Under the pieces are notes generated by a model, which ran no database searches, had not been told where the DNA came from, and worked only from the letters and a program-made list of their open reading frames with translations. Shown piece after piece: positions 11,257 through 24,522 of a stretch of 64,000 nt of DNA. This DNA comes from Eledone cirrhosa (taxonomy: Eukaryota), in NCBI GenBank assembly GCA_964016885.1, contig OZ024746.1:93682001-93746000 (forward strand). Reading direction: 5' to 3'. Position 1 is the first letter of the stretch. Every line of letters begins with the position of its first letter. The position numbers and the translations under genes are program-made.

Positions 11257-13144
11257 ATATATATATATATATATACATAACCAGGCTCATATATTGGTCT
11301 ATTTTTTTTTTTATTATTCCACGTAAGACTCTCTTTGTACAGAAATAGAATATGTAGCAGATATCTCTGGGAAAATTATCACCAAAATGCTAGCAATTTA
11401 TCCATGATGGATAAGTGGTGTTATTTTTCATCCACTTAACACTAGAGCAACCGGACTTAAGCTACTTAACCACTTGGCTTATGTGACACATCCTTGTGAA
11501 CCATAATTTCCTTGAAAAAGACTTTATCGTGTAAAAAAAACTAGTGATACTGATATCCTTATCAAACATTGAGAGTGATGACCTGTTGAAGGAACATTTA
11601 CATGTTGATTGACTTGCTAGAAATAGCAGTCAAATCTTACCTTCCCCAAATTACACCTTACTATTTTGAAAAGAAAGTAAAGACATATTGGATAATGCAC
11701 TCTGAGATACACTATGTTGGGAAAGGTGGACTGGTCATGGATAAAGTGCTTTACATCACAGGTCTGCTGACCTTGGGCTAAACAACAACAATAACAACAA
11801 CAAAAAAACAAGCAAATTATAAAGAAAGCTGGTCAAATGTAAAAAATATAAATGTCAGCTGAAATTGAGGATATGCTCAAACACTGCCCCACCCTAGGCC
11901 CAGAGCCTATCACCCTCTCCCCTTCCCCCACCCTTCTGTCATCCAAGAGTCCTTGCTTTTTCCCTCCTTTTCCTCTCATGGCATTTATAGTCCTTTCCTC
12001 TACTTTCCTATACAACCAGATCTGCCCTTCTTTACCCTGCCCCCTTTTTCTCATTACTTAATTTTGCTTTTATCTCTCTTTTTCATATTTCTGTAGTTAT
12101 CAATAGTTTTTAAGGCGACTTTGTGAGTGAAACACGTGTATTGAGAATAAACAGTTGTTTTACTATCTTTTAAGAGTTAAAGGTGTGTGTGTGTCTCTGT
12201 ATATATCTCTGATTCAATGACTTTCGCGTACCCAGTTATAGAGTACCATTCTTTCTGGTGTGTAATCTCTACAGCTAGGTGGACTGGTGTAATAAAAAGT
12301 AAGGTAAACTACCAGCCTAACTCTATACCTGCCTACCTGGTCAGTTTAGTTCAGCTTGCTGGTAAAATGATTCTAAGAAATGCACAACTCCAATGTCAAT
12401 GTAAGCCTAACTCTTTACCTGTAGCAAAATCTCTTCGCATATACTGATCCCCGAATGACATCTGGCTGCTCTTTCTCTTTATCTTGGTTGCCGTCAGTAA
12501 TCTAGAGAATCTGGCTAGCTTGCGGGGAAGTTTTTTTCTGTGTGTCATTAGACTCAGATTCCTCAGAAGAGAAGCATCAATTCGACCTGCTCAAGCAAAT
12601 AGTGAGATGTAGCACTTAGCAAAAAAAATTTTGACCCTGTCGACAAGGGCCCAACAGCACTTAAACTACACACAGAATAATCTACCTATTCATATAGGCA
12701 ACACAGAAGCCTTTTTTTAACACTGTATTCATTTGTGAGTGCTACCATCAAACTTTATATTTTTATGATTCGAAGTAATCATATTCTTTTTCCTTTTTAC
12801 TGAAATGAAGTAAAGTTATATATCGGACCAAAATTATTGTATTTGTCATATTTATCATCCTCTTCAACAACAGCCACTAACTTCACTCCATACCTGCCTG
12901 TTTGGTCAATTTACTTCAGCTTGCTGGTGAAATGCTTCTGAGAGATGCACAACCCCAACGTCAATGTCAGAATCTCTATGTGATCACTTGACTCACTAGA
13001 AATAGCGACCAAATCTTTATCAAATCACACTCTACTGTCATATAAATGGAATGGTACATTAAATAATGTACTCTGAGGTAAGCTATATCTAAAAGGATGA
13101 ACAGCTTAGATGTATTTGACTATTAGTCTCCTTGATGAGACACA

Positions 13145-13742
13145 TAACCCTTTTCATAGCAGACCATCTGAAAATGTCCCCGGTACTGTGATACAAAAGT
13201 TTTATCTACAGAAAAAATATTCATTTGCAGTTTATGTAAGAACCTTTGTTAAGTTATGGTCCAAACACCAGCTTAATAATGGGATAATTAGTTATATTAC
13301 TAAATTCTTTCAAATTCTTGAATATTTTCAAAGTTATTTGAACATCATATGCAGTGTCTTTCATTAGAAATATGGTAACGAAAGAGTTAACCCTTTTGTT
13401 ACCAACCCTGCAAAACTACCTCTGGTTCTTTGAAATAAAGTCTCTCATTTTAAAGGTTTCCAATTTAAATCAAAATCTTCCAACATAATTTTAGTAAATC
13501 CCTCAAAATTATTCATTAATTAATTGAAATAAAGTGTATTTCATTTGAAATGCAGTCATGAAAGGGTTAAAGGTTTCCAATTTAAATTAAAATCTTCCAA
13601 CATAATTTTATATAAGAACCTTAGATTAAGTTACTATCTTAGTAATGAAATAATTAATATTTTAGTAAATCTCTCAAAATTATTCATTAATTAATTTAAA
13701 TAGAGTGTATTTCATTAGAAATGTGATCATGAAAGGGTCAAC
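13145..13742. mobile_element. Chain of TTAA MITEs (family D and relatives)
   Basis: ttaacccttt...aaagggttaa at 13387-13570, an abutting upstream unit ending gaaagagttaa, and a partial duplicate downstream. Confidence 0.7.
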
Positions 13743-14106
13743 AATATTGTAGAGTCATTGATCCTTATGTCTGCAATACATATACTACACAGTATCCATT
13801 GCCAAGACACATATATCTCATTGCCCATCTAATTCTAGATAACTTCTATAGGTCCTTACAATTTACTGCTTGCACCTGTGGGATCTCACTCAATGGTAAT
13901 GAATATTTTAGAGTTTGCTGTGCAAAATTCAAGCCATTTCAGAATCAAGCTGCTTTTTAAAGTCTCCTATCAGATTGTGATTATCAAATGTGTGTGATAG
14001 CTAGAGTGCAGAAAGTACTTATCTCATATAAGCTCTTAACATCCTGTAAAGATTTAGCAGAAAATATCTAAAGACAGGTTTGGTAATGGAATCTTTTCTA
14101 CAAGAC

Positions 14107-16890
14107 ATCATCATCATCATCATCATCATCATCACTGTCACCGTCCATTTTCCTACGCTAGCATGGGTTAGACGAGTTGTCCCATTGTGAAACAAGTTCG
14201 ATCAGATGACTGTATCTTGCTCACACAGAACTGTTTCTGCCTTGGTTTCTACACCTGGATGGCCTTCCTGATGCCAACCACTTTTACATCATGGACTGAG
14301 TGCTTTTTATCATGGCACTAAAACGACCAACTGACAGGTTGGACTGCATGCTTTTTTGTTGTGTCACCAACGTGAACATTTTACAGGGCGCACTAGGCAT
14401 TTGTTATCATGTCACCACTGTACAGGTTGGACTGGGCACATTTTGTCATGTCACCACTGTACAGGTTGGACTGGGCACATGTTGTGTCACCACTGTACAG
14501 GTTGGGCTGGGCACATTTTGTCATGTCACCACTACAGGTTGGGCTGGGCACATTTTGTCATGTCACCACTGTACAGGTTGGACTGGGCACATTTTGTTGT
14601 GTCACCACTGTACAGGTTGGGCTGGGCACATTTTGTCATGTCACCACTGTACAGGTTGGGCTGGGCACATTTTGTTGTGTCACCACTGTACAGGTTGGAC
14701 TGGGCACATTTTGTCATGTCACCACTGTACAGGTTGGGCTGGGCACATTTTGTCATGTCACCACTACAGGTTGGACTGGGCACATTTTGTTGTGTCACCA
14801 CTGTACAGGTTGGGCTGGGCACATTTTGTCATGTCACCACTACAGGTTGGGCTGGGCACATTTTGTCATGTCACCACTGTACAGGTTGGATTGGGTACAT
14901 TTTGTCATGTCACCACTGTACAGGTTGGGCTGGGCACATTTTGTCATGTCACCACTGTACAGGTTGGACTGGGCACATTTTGTCATGTCACCACTGTACA
15001 GGTTGGGCTGGGCACATTTTGTTGTGTCACCACTGTACAGGTTGTGCTGGGCACATTTTGTCATGTCACCACTACAGGTTGGGCTGGGCACATTTTGTCA
15101 TGTCACCACTGTACAGGTTGGATTGGGTACATTTTGTCATGTCACCACTGTACAGGTTGGACTGGGCACATTTTGTCATGTCACCACTGTACAGGTTGGA
15201 CTGGGCACATTTTGTTGTGTCACCACTGTACAGGTTGGGCTGGGTACATTTTGTCATGTCACCACTGTACAGGTTGGGCTGGGCACATTTTGTCATGTCA
15301 CCACTGTACAGGTTGGGCTGGGCACATTTTGTCATGTCACCACTGTACAGGTTGGGCTGGGCACATTTTGTCATGTCACCACTGTACAGGTTGGGCTGGG
15401 TACATTTTGTCATGTCACCACTGTACAGGTTGGACTGGGCACATTTTGTCATGTCACCACTGTACAGGTTGGACTGGGCACATTTTGTCATGTCACCACT
15501 GTACAGGTTGGGCTGGGCACATTTTGTCATGTAACCACTGTACAGGTTGGGCTGGGCACATTTTGTTGTTTCACCACTGTACAGGTTGGACTGGGCACAT
15601 TTTGTCATGTCACCACTGTACAGGTTGGACTGGGTACATTTTGTCATGTCACCACTGTACAGGTTGGACTGGGCACATTTTGTCATGTCACCACTGTACA
15701 GGTTGGACTGGGCACATTTTGTCATGTAACCACTGTACAGGTTGGGCTGGGCACATTTTGTTGTTTCACCACTGTACAGGTTGGGCTGGGCACATTTTGT
15801 TGTGTCACCAACATGACCACCTTACAGGGTGGATTGGAAGCTTTTAGCCATTTCAGCAGCATTGTGGTGGAGTGTGTCCAGCTGTCCATGCTTGTATGCA
15901 TGGATTGGACAGGAGAGGTGTATCAGATGTAGAAGATTGGGGAGGTGCATATATGCTGGATGGGGATTGGAGAGGTAGGTCTAAGGTGGGGTACTTAACT
16001 GGTGAAGGGTGAAGTGTTAAGATGTGGGAGACGTAGGCAAGGTGCTTTTTGTTGTGGCATTATGGGAGTGGGGTGAGCTGGCCCTACTTTCCATGCTTGT
16101 ATGTAGGGATTGAGATGATCGGTAAGGTACCATAGAATTGTGTATGGTGGGAAGGGGGTATGCAAATTGGACATGGATGTGGTGAGTGGGGTATGTAGTA
16201 TTTGAGGGTGAGGTTATTAAGACTAGGGAAGGTGTAAGGTGGGGAAGGGAGAGAATACATAAGTTGGACATGGAAGAGGTGAGTGAGGTATTTAGTTGGT
16301 GAAGGCAAGAATTTTGAGATTAAGGAAAGTGAAGGGGGGACAGGGCGGGAAATGCTAGTTGTAGGCCCGTGACCTTCACCCATTGTTTCATCCTGTGCAT
16401 ATGGGAAGGTGGGTCTTTTGCAGTACAACATAATACCAGAGATCCCAATCCTGTGTAATCTCCTTTCAGAGGTTTAATTGTGCAAGGTCAGCTTTTATCA
16501 CTTCATCCCAAGTTGTTCTAAGTCTTCCCCTTAGCGTAGGTTTCATCAACTTTGAGTGCCCTGCACCTTTTTATACATCTGTCATCCTCCATATACATCA
16601 CATGTCCATGCCACTGCAGTCTCCTTTCCTATACACTGCATCTGATTCCCCTTATGTCCAGTTTCTTTCTTAGTTCATTTACACTTCATCAAGCATGGAA
16701 ACTTCATTTCTTTCCAATCTTCGTAGGTCCTCTGCACAGAGTGCCCAGGTCTCATTTCCATGCAATTGCACAAGCATTATAAATCTGCCTTTCATTTTGA
16801 GGAAAAAAACCTTTGTAGTTAGCAACTGTAGTAGCTCCCTGAACTTTTTCCATCCTGTGTTCACTCTGGCTACTGTAATCTCAGAACACC
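14107..16890 (-). mobile_element. 5'-truncated RTE insertion: ORF end (16380-16890), UTR-like segment, minisatellite and (ATG)n tail
   Basis: RTE peptide 'VARVNTGWKKFRELL...LHGNETWAL..RRLERNEVSML'; the flanks rejoin into the repeat seen intact at 58290-58490. Confidence 0.65.
14410..15810. repeat. 39-bp minisatellite, ~36 units with some 37-bp variants
   Basis: Unit gtcaccactgtacaggttgggctgggcacattttgtcat; 13-aa periodicity in three frames. Confidence 0.95.
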
Positions 16891-17215
16891 ACATATCATT
16901 TTGAACATTTTCAGTATTAGATAAAGATTTTAATTCTTAATATGATGCAGTTATAGTGCTGCTTTATACTGTTCATGAATATCTTACTAATGCAGTTTCA
17001 TGCGATGCAGGATGTTAAAAGTTAAACACATTGTCCTCAGCCCTTGAGAGACAATCAAGAAGAATATGTGTTGTTGTTGCTGGCAGTAGAATTGTCGAGG
17101 CCCCAGCTTTATCTTGATTGAACAGATTTAGGATCGAAGACATTTCAGCTAAGACAGCACCTGTCCCTGTGGTGCAACCACCTTAACAATGTGGAACACA
17201 AGCTCTCTCTCTCAC

Positions 17216-17255
<40 letters not shown>

Positions 17256-17256
<1 letters not shown>

Positions 17257-17485
17257 CCTACAGAATCCCTCTCACCTGGTTCCAGTGAACCTGGCCCTTC
17301 TGGTCCTGCTTGAATCACCTCTGAACAGCTGGTCACTGTAGAGCTAACCTTCAGAAATAGGGATTTACCACCGATGATGATTCCAACTGCCAATGTGGGG
17401 AACTGCAAACTATGGAGCACCTTCTAGTTTACCCCAATCTTGAAGATTCATGAACACTTAACGTCTTTGAAACCTTAACACCCAG
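17256..17485 (+). mobile_element. Vingi/Ingi-like LINE C-terminal fragment
   Basis: 'CLNHL*TAGHCRANLQK*GF...CQCGELQTMEHLL' resembles the LNRLRTG..KWG..C.CG..QT..HLL zinc knuckle. Confidence 0.7.
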
Positions 17486-19435
17486 GTAAGGTTCTGTGCT
17501 CAAACTGGATGGGTGTGGTGTAGTGACTTGATATGAAGAAGTTATGACCATCCCATCTTTTTAGTGGTATGTCCAGGACTAAATTATCTAATTTATTTTT
17601 TTCTTATGTAAGATTATGGAGAATGATTTCAGGGAGATTTGGTTGCTAATTCTGGTAGGTCAAGCAATCACTTAGATGTTCTCTCATTGGATCATGTGTA
17701 TTTGCTGTTGTTTATGACCAGGTCAGCTCTGATCAAAAAGACCCAAGGTTAAAGATATTGAAGTCATGACTATCTTGTCTTGTATTTAAAAAAAACACCC
17801 TCAAACTTTCCTAATGGGTCTTTCCTTTATCAAGAGGGAAGAGTGTTGAAATTGAGAGAGATTTCATTACCATTTCTAACAGATCAAGCCACTTCATAAA
17901 GACTCCTTCATTGTATGTGTGCAGGGCTTCCAACAGACGTTTACAAGGTGGAACAAGACTGTTTTCAGAACTTGAAATTAGTAGGAGAAACTTCTCTTGA
18001 ATTCCAAATAGAGTTGACTGTTTTTTTTTGTTTTTTTTTAAAGCCTCCCTCCTTGGCTTTCTGAACCCCAGACCAATATACTGATTAACTTTCCCATGTA
18101 TGTCTGTGTATGAATAACTGAATCATCATTGTTTGACTACAGTAGCAGACAACCACATCCTTTCTCCCCCCATTGCAGCTTTTATAATCAGTTGGGCTCT
18201 TGTGATGGGCTATTAGCCCTGAACATGGATGAGATTTGAATTCTTAGAGTGAATTTGAACCTAGGACACAAAGTGCTGAAACAGATACCGTGAGGAATTC
18301 CATCTGATGCTCTAGCAATTTCACCAATCCACTTGGTAGGATTTAAACTCAGAGCATACAGAGCTAGAATAAACAATACAAGTTATTTTATCTGAACGTC
18401 CCCAACAATTCAAGCAACCCCCTACCATGGACTGGTACTTGAATTGATAAAAAAAAAAGTAAAGTTGACCGTAGCAGGATTTGAACTCAGAGTTGGAATA
18501 AATACCACAAGCTATTCTATCTGATCGTCTAGCAACTCTGCCAATCCATCTAACTATCACAGATATTCTAAGGAGGAATGGGAGAGAACATGTATTGCCA
18601 CACAAGTTCCTATGTTTATTTTTCCATTGAATTTGAGAGTGAAATAGCTTCAAACTTTCTGATGAAAACTTACTGAACCTCTCTCCCCTCCACCACCACC
18701 ATCATGCCATTACTAACCAAACAATATCATCCATCCATCGTATGATGACTCAAAGACATATGAGAGATATATAACTACGACTTTGAGCAGCAAAAACCAA
18801 CAACAACAACAACACAAATAACAAACAACAGTCTCTTTTTTTTATTTTCTAAAAACCTTTTGTGGTGACATTATCAATTTTCATTCAGTTTGATTCCCAG
18901 GAAATGCTAGTTATTTGGCTGTAAAAATAGAGAATAAAAATAGATAGAAATGTTATAAAGGTTTTTGTATTTAACATTTTGACACTAAATCTACTGATAC
19001 ATCTTCACATTACAATAAAGCCATGCCTTACTTCACTGACTGTGTAACAGCTTTTGGTTTTTCTTCCTATTTTGATTTTTCTTTTCTTATTTTGATGGTT
19101 CCACAAACAAAGGTTGATGATGGTTTTATATAAATTCATATGTATATAATTTCTCCTTGAGAAGCTGGGCTTAAGGGGAATCTGAGATGGTGTGCAGGAG
19201 AGAAGACTGCTTCAGTATGGACATGTGAAGCACGTGGACAATGAGCAGTTGGTTATAGCTGGTTTGAACAGAAATAGGTGAGAGAATTCTGGCTGGATAC
19301 GGCCAGTTTGAATGCTAAAGGGTTAATCCCATGTGTGTATATGAGGTAGAAAGGTGAATAGACTGATTATAAAGGTTAGAGCTGTATTCATTTCAACTCT
19401 TCTTAATAACTATATTGTTTCTTTCCAGGGACTTT

Positions 19436-19509
19436 GTTGAAAAATAAACCTCATTTGGTAATTCCATGAGAGTATCTTGGTCAGCCTATGAACTTTTCAG
19501 CTGACCCTC

Positions 19510-19544
<35 letters not shown>

Positions 19545-19637
19545 TATATATATTTGATAGTCGACTGATATATGAGGGTCAGCTGAAAAGTTCATAGGCT
19601 GATCAAAATACTCTCATGGAATGCCCAAATGAGATTT
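19436..19637. mobile_element. Two mariner-like termini back-to-back around (TA/CA)n; third copy at 19998-20073
   Basis: TA-tgagggtcagctgaaaagttc and its reverse complement. Confidence 0.65.
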
Positions 19638-19673
19638 GTGTCTGTGTGCGTGTGTATATATATATATATATAT

Positions 19674-19855
19674 AATTGTTTCTACTTTTGGCACAAGGCC
19701 AGCAATTACCCAGTAGATTACTGGTACTTTATTTTATCGACCCCGTAAGGATGAAAGGCAAAGTTAACCTTGGCGGGATTTGAACTCAGAATGGCAAGGG
19801 CCGTAACTCTATACGTCAAAGCATGGCGTCCGACCCTCTACCGATACTGCCAATA
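19674..19855 (-). mobile_element. SINE family B
   Basis: Matches the other family B copies. Confidence 0.85.
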
Positions 19856-20329
19856 TATAATGCGTGTGTATATATATGTGTGAGTGTATATATATATATA
19901 TATTTTTCGAAAATATTTTTACTATATATATATATATATATACACACCACATATATATATTTATATACACACGCACACATACACACACAAAGTACTATGT
20001 TGAAAAATAAACCCCATTTGGTCATTCCATGAGAATATCTTAGTCAGCCTATGAACGTTTCAACCATCCCTTGTCTATAACTCACCTCCATTTTTACGGC
20101 TGCCTTTCCCTGCTTTTATGAGTAAGAGAAGTCTTCTCCAGGACATGTCCCCTCACTTGTCATGTTCCTTCATTTCCTCATCTATGAGGTTATGAGGTTC
20201 AACATCATGACTCTCCCCACTTCTGTCCAGGTTTTCTTTGGCCTTCGTCGTCTGTAGCTACCTTCTTCTTGAAGTTTCTGGCACTTCCTCAGCCAAAAAC
20301 CATCATCTATAAGCAAATGAGGGTCCATG

Positions 20330-20705
20330 TACTGTCTGCCCTGCAGCCCCGGTGGACAGAATAGAGAAGGCGTTTCCCTGGAGGATGGTGAGGGTGGCGC
20401 GTTGGAAGAATCATTCCAGCTCATGAGTCTCACACCTGCGGGTAACCAACTCCGTGCCAATGGTTGGCAGTAGGGAGGTGGTCCTATGGCCAAGGACACC
20501 AGAAGTCTCCACTGCTATGGACTCGACCACAAACATATTGGAGAGCAACTGATATTTTTGGTGCGTTTACCCTCCTTGGCCAGAAGTGCAGCAGAGCCTG
20601 GATTAGTCACAGACTGCACCAGGTTGCTGGTGGAGAAAGTGTCACTGCATGTGCCATCCCAGATGAGGGGTTCACCACCATGAAATGGGAAGATGGTCAT
20701 GCCAT
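20330..20705 (-). mobile_element. CRE-like RLE endonuclease fragment
   Basis: 'TIFPFHGGEPLIWDGTCSDTF..PGSAALLAKEGKRTK', 'AVETSGVLG', 'QGNAFSIL'. Confidence 0.8.
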
Positions 20706-21067
20706 AAAATTTGATAACTTTTTAATTAATATTTGGCTGTGATCTATATTTGATATCTGACAATTCTGTCCACTGACAGTAGGACACATGACCACTGATA
20801 GGTGATTTGATATTGAATTTTGTTTATTGATTTTATTGATTTGGGGCTGCTAAGAAAACTTAGTTTATGTGTCATGAGAAATTTTAGTGTTGGTGCCTCA
20901 AAAGTGCACCCAGTACACTCGGTAAAGTGGTTGGTGATAGAATGGGTATCCAGCTATAGAACACTTGCACCAAATAAAGGGTTTGACAGTCTCTTTAATT
21001 GTATCAAAGACATGACAACCTCCCTAGTGGTGCCACGTTTAAAAACACCCAGTACCGTCTGTAGTGT

Positions 21068-21310
21068 GAAGGCACGTGGCCTAGTGGTAAGAGTGTTGGA
21101 CTTACAATCATAATGTCGTGGGCTCGATTCCTGGGTTGTGTGTTGTGTTCTTGAGCAAAACACTTCATTTCACGTTGCTTCAGTATACTCAGCTGAAAAA
21201 AAAATGAGTACCAGTAATAGCTGGGGGTTTAGTCCAGCGGGGAGTCTGGTACTCTCAGTCATTTCACGCCATGGAAACCAGGATAGGCACTAGCCTGATA
21301 AGCTTGAGAC
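21068..21310 (+). mobile_element. tRNA-derived SINE with an A-like head and different body
   Basis: A box TGGCCTAGTGG, B-box-like GGCTCGATTCC, 'cttgagcaaaacactt'. Confidence 0.7.
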
Positions 21311-21327
21311 AGACTTTATATTTTTTT

Positions 21328-21545
21328 GTGTCTGGAAACATGTGTCTAGAAACATGTGTGTGTCTGGAAAAATGTGTCTGGAAACATGTGTCTGGAAACA
21401 TGTGTCTGGAAATATGTGTCTGGAAACATGTGGCTGGAAAAATGTGTTTGGAAAGATGTGTCTGCAAACATGTGTCTGGAAAAATGTATCTGGAAACATG
21501 TGTCTGGAAAAATGTGTCTGGAAATATGTGGCTGGAAAAATATGT
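21328..21545. repeat. 14-bp minisatellite (gtgtctggaaacat)n
   Basis: Directly visible. Confidence 0.9.
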
Positions 21546-21932
21546 AAGCAAGATGCACACACACATACACACATCTGAAAGATCAGTGGCTTCATTCAAC
21601 TGAATACTGATTTGATCTGTAAATGATCTGTAAATGATCTGTAAATGATCTGTAAATGATAATGATGATGATGATGATGATGATGATATGAAAAGTGAAA
21701 AGTTTGGAAAGCCCTGTAATATACTGACATACTCTCAGGTCTCAGATAATCGTCCTCCTCCAACTTATTCATTTTTCAGATTACTGATTTTCCACACACA
21801 CACCACCCTGCTTATTCCAAGCTCCTCCACAATACTGCCCCTCCACTATCATACAATGTTACACACACTTCAGGAACATAGCAGAGCACCCGGTGATGCA
21901 GTAGAAACTAGAACAAAACTGCCAAAATAATA

Positions 21933-22320
21933 ACTGTTTCTACTTTAGGCACAAGGCCAGAAATTATCCCAGTACATTACTGGTACTTTATTTTATCGAT
22001 CTCGTAAGGATGAAAGGCAAAGTTAACCTCGGCGGGATTTGTACTCGAATCATAAAGGGCCGTAACTCTATGCTGTTAAACATGGTGTCCGACTCTCTAC
22101 CGATACTGCTAATCCACCGGCCTTATAATAATTGTTTCTACGTGTGGCACAAGGCCAGCAATTATCCAGTGTATTACTGCTACTTTATTTTATCGACCCC
22201 GTAAGGATGAAAGGCAAAGTTAACCTCGGCGGGATTTGAACTCAGAATGGCAAGGGCCGTAACTCTATGCGTCAAAGCATGGCATCCGACCCTCTACTGA
22301 TACTGCCAATCCACCGCCCT
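21933..22320 (-). mobile_element. Two head-to-tail SINE B copies
   Basis: Two full units at 21933-22125 and 22130-22320. Confidence 0.9.
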
Positions 22321-22849
22321 TTAATAAAATAATAATATTAATAATATGAGTTATCTAAAGAATGCTGTATGTATCCCAGTTTTTAGAATAAGTACACTGT
22401 ATCTCTACATGCTATACAAAGTGATTAAAACATTTGGCATCAGGAAGGGCATCTTGTCATAAAACATTGCCTCAAATAGTTTTGTCCAACCCATGCCAGC
22501 ATGAAAATGGTGGTAATGATGTCACCTAAAGAATAGGCACGAGAATACTCCTAGTTGTAATATTTTCTGTAGATTGAATAGAATTGAGAGCTTAGCTGTG
22601 AATGTTAATTTGAGCATCTGTGTATAACAGAAATACTTTCAGATACATATGAAGTAGAGAGTGGGTAGGTGGGGTGGGAGAGAAGACGAAAGAAAGGAAG
22701 AAAGAAAGAAAGAACTACAGCCTCTGAACTACATAAAAGATTACCAACAACCAACAATCTGTATGAAAATGTATTAGTTGCGGTACAATATCAGGTAGCA
22801 AGTAAAGTTTCTATCACTAATATTTAATATCAGGTAGTTCTAATAATAT

Positions 22850-23242
22850 GTTGTGGTTGTTTTGTGGGCTGTTTTTCTGGCTATAATTAGAAGGAGAATC
22901 AGAGTGGAGAGAGAGGCACTGCACCCCAGTAAATTTACTGAAAGGTGGGTGAATGTGGCAAAAATGGCCCAAGTGATTGGGCCTTCTCTGTTTATAAGCC
23001 TGTAGGTTAAAGAAGAGAGCAAAAGGAAGAAGGGAGCACCTGCACAACACGCTTCTGAAGTTGAGGGTTGTTCTATCTACGGGGTATTAAACAACCCATT
23101 TGTGGCACCTCCCCCCTATTGGGGATTTCGATTGTTTAATTTGTTTGTTTCAATATTTTTACACGATTGTATGTAAAATCCCTGGCATGTGTCTTTGTAT
23201 TGTCCCCTTTTCTTGTGCGCCCTTGTAGCAAATAAAGAAATA
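22850..23242 (+). mobile_element. Tx1/L1-like LINE 3' end
   Basis: 'RRIRVEREALHPSKFTERWVNVAK' followed by a 3' UTR ending AATAAA; second UTR copy at 35695-36362. Confidence 0.6.
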
Positions 23243-23832
23243 TATAATTACAGGGTTACTGACACCTTATCTGGCATTTGGCTAATACAAATGATAGTTG
23301 TGATTTAACGGATTATTGAGACCTCCTTTTTATCTTTGGAGGTCATGTCATGATAGAAAGACAAGAATATATTTTTTTTTAGTAGTTTGTTGCTTTCTAA
23401 GATTTGAAAGAAGATGGATTCTTTGGGTGTCCCTAGCAACCATTAACCCGTTTGATATCAAGCTGCCTGAAACTATCCCCCCTCTCCTGGCTCTATGATA
23501 TAAAACTGTTTATTTTATTTATCTAAAAACCTTCGATCATAATTTTATATAAGAAGCTTTAAGCTATGTTCCTATTACCAGCTTAATAATGACAAAGATA
23601 TGAAGATACTACAGTTAGATTACAAACTCCTCTAAGTTCTTGATTATTTTCATAATGATTTGAAAACCATAAACAGTCAGCTCTGATTGGGTCAGCTCTG
23701 ATTGAACAGACATATGATCAAAGGAACTCCATCCATGTTTTCAGCCATAACATACCTTGGACTACATTATCCAATTCGTCCTTTCTCTTTTTAAGGTAGT
23801 AAAATATAATTTAATTGAAATTTCTAGTGGGT

Positions 23833-24155
23833 CTTCTTCTTCTTCTTCTTCTTCTTCTTCTTTGCCCACTTATTCCTGAGATGGTCGTGGGGGAAGAGTC
23901 CTCAAACACTCCTTCCAATGGGTTTTGGATGTTATGCAACCATCTTGCTCGGGGTCTACCCCTGGGTCTCCTTCCGGTTGGTTTTGCCCATAAAATTTGT
24001 CCAGCGATTCTTTCCTAAGACATTCTAACCACATGTCCACAGTATCAGAGTTGTGATCTCTCAATTCGAAGAAGTAGCGGCTCTACCTGGAGTAACTCTC
24101 TGATCTCCGAGCTATGCACTCTATCGAGTAACATTACTCCATAGACCCTTCGCGA
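23833..24155 (-). mobile_element. Expander/Rex3-like RTE 3' end with (GAA)n tail
   Basis: 'SSEIRELLQVEPLLLRIERSQL*YCGHVVRM...GRRPRGRPRARW'. Confidence 0.85.
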
Positions 24156-24387
24156 TTGTATTCTTTCAGTCATTACCCAAGGTAAGGGTTGACAAGAATA
24201 CCAAATTGAAGATAGCAAGTTTGGCTTTTACACCTACTTCTATTACTGAATGCTGAAGTTGGTGCATTATTGTACCAGCTCCTGCAATTCTTGATAATTT
24301 TCAAAATGATTTAAAAATCTTAGAGTGTCTTTCATTAAAAATATGGTAATGAAAACATTAAAACCCAATCAGTAATTTGATAAGTTA

Positions 24388-24522
24388 CTAGACCATCCGT
24401 GACCTGTTGGGTCAAATTCACTTGAAAATATTTTAAAAAATCATGTTCACTTAAAATTGATTTTTAAATAATTAAAATATACACAGACATGTATATAATG
24501 TAAAATGAAATTGGAAGGCCCA
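24388..24522 (-). mobile_element. Helitron-like 3' end; second copy at 44798-44931 (+)
   Basis: Short hairpin followed by CTAG|T in both copies. Confidence 0.6.

Noticed and set aside
12095-12155. GAAAC-ACGUGU palindrome like a Penelope hammerhead
   Set aside because: The CUGANGA box is absent; at most a decayed remnant
12310-12970. Duplicated ~90-bp segment and a protein-like minus-strand stretch
   Set aside because: In-frame stops and no recognisable family; probably an old repeat
14300-15932. Three ~400-500-aa Cys/His-rich repeat ORFs
   Set aside because: Translations of a 39-bp minisatellite, open in all three frames with swapping peptides
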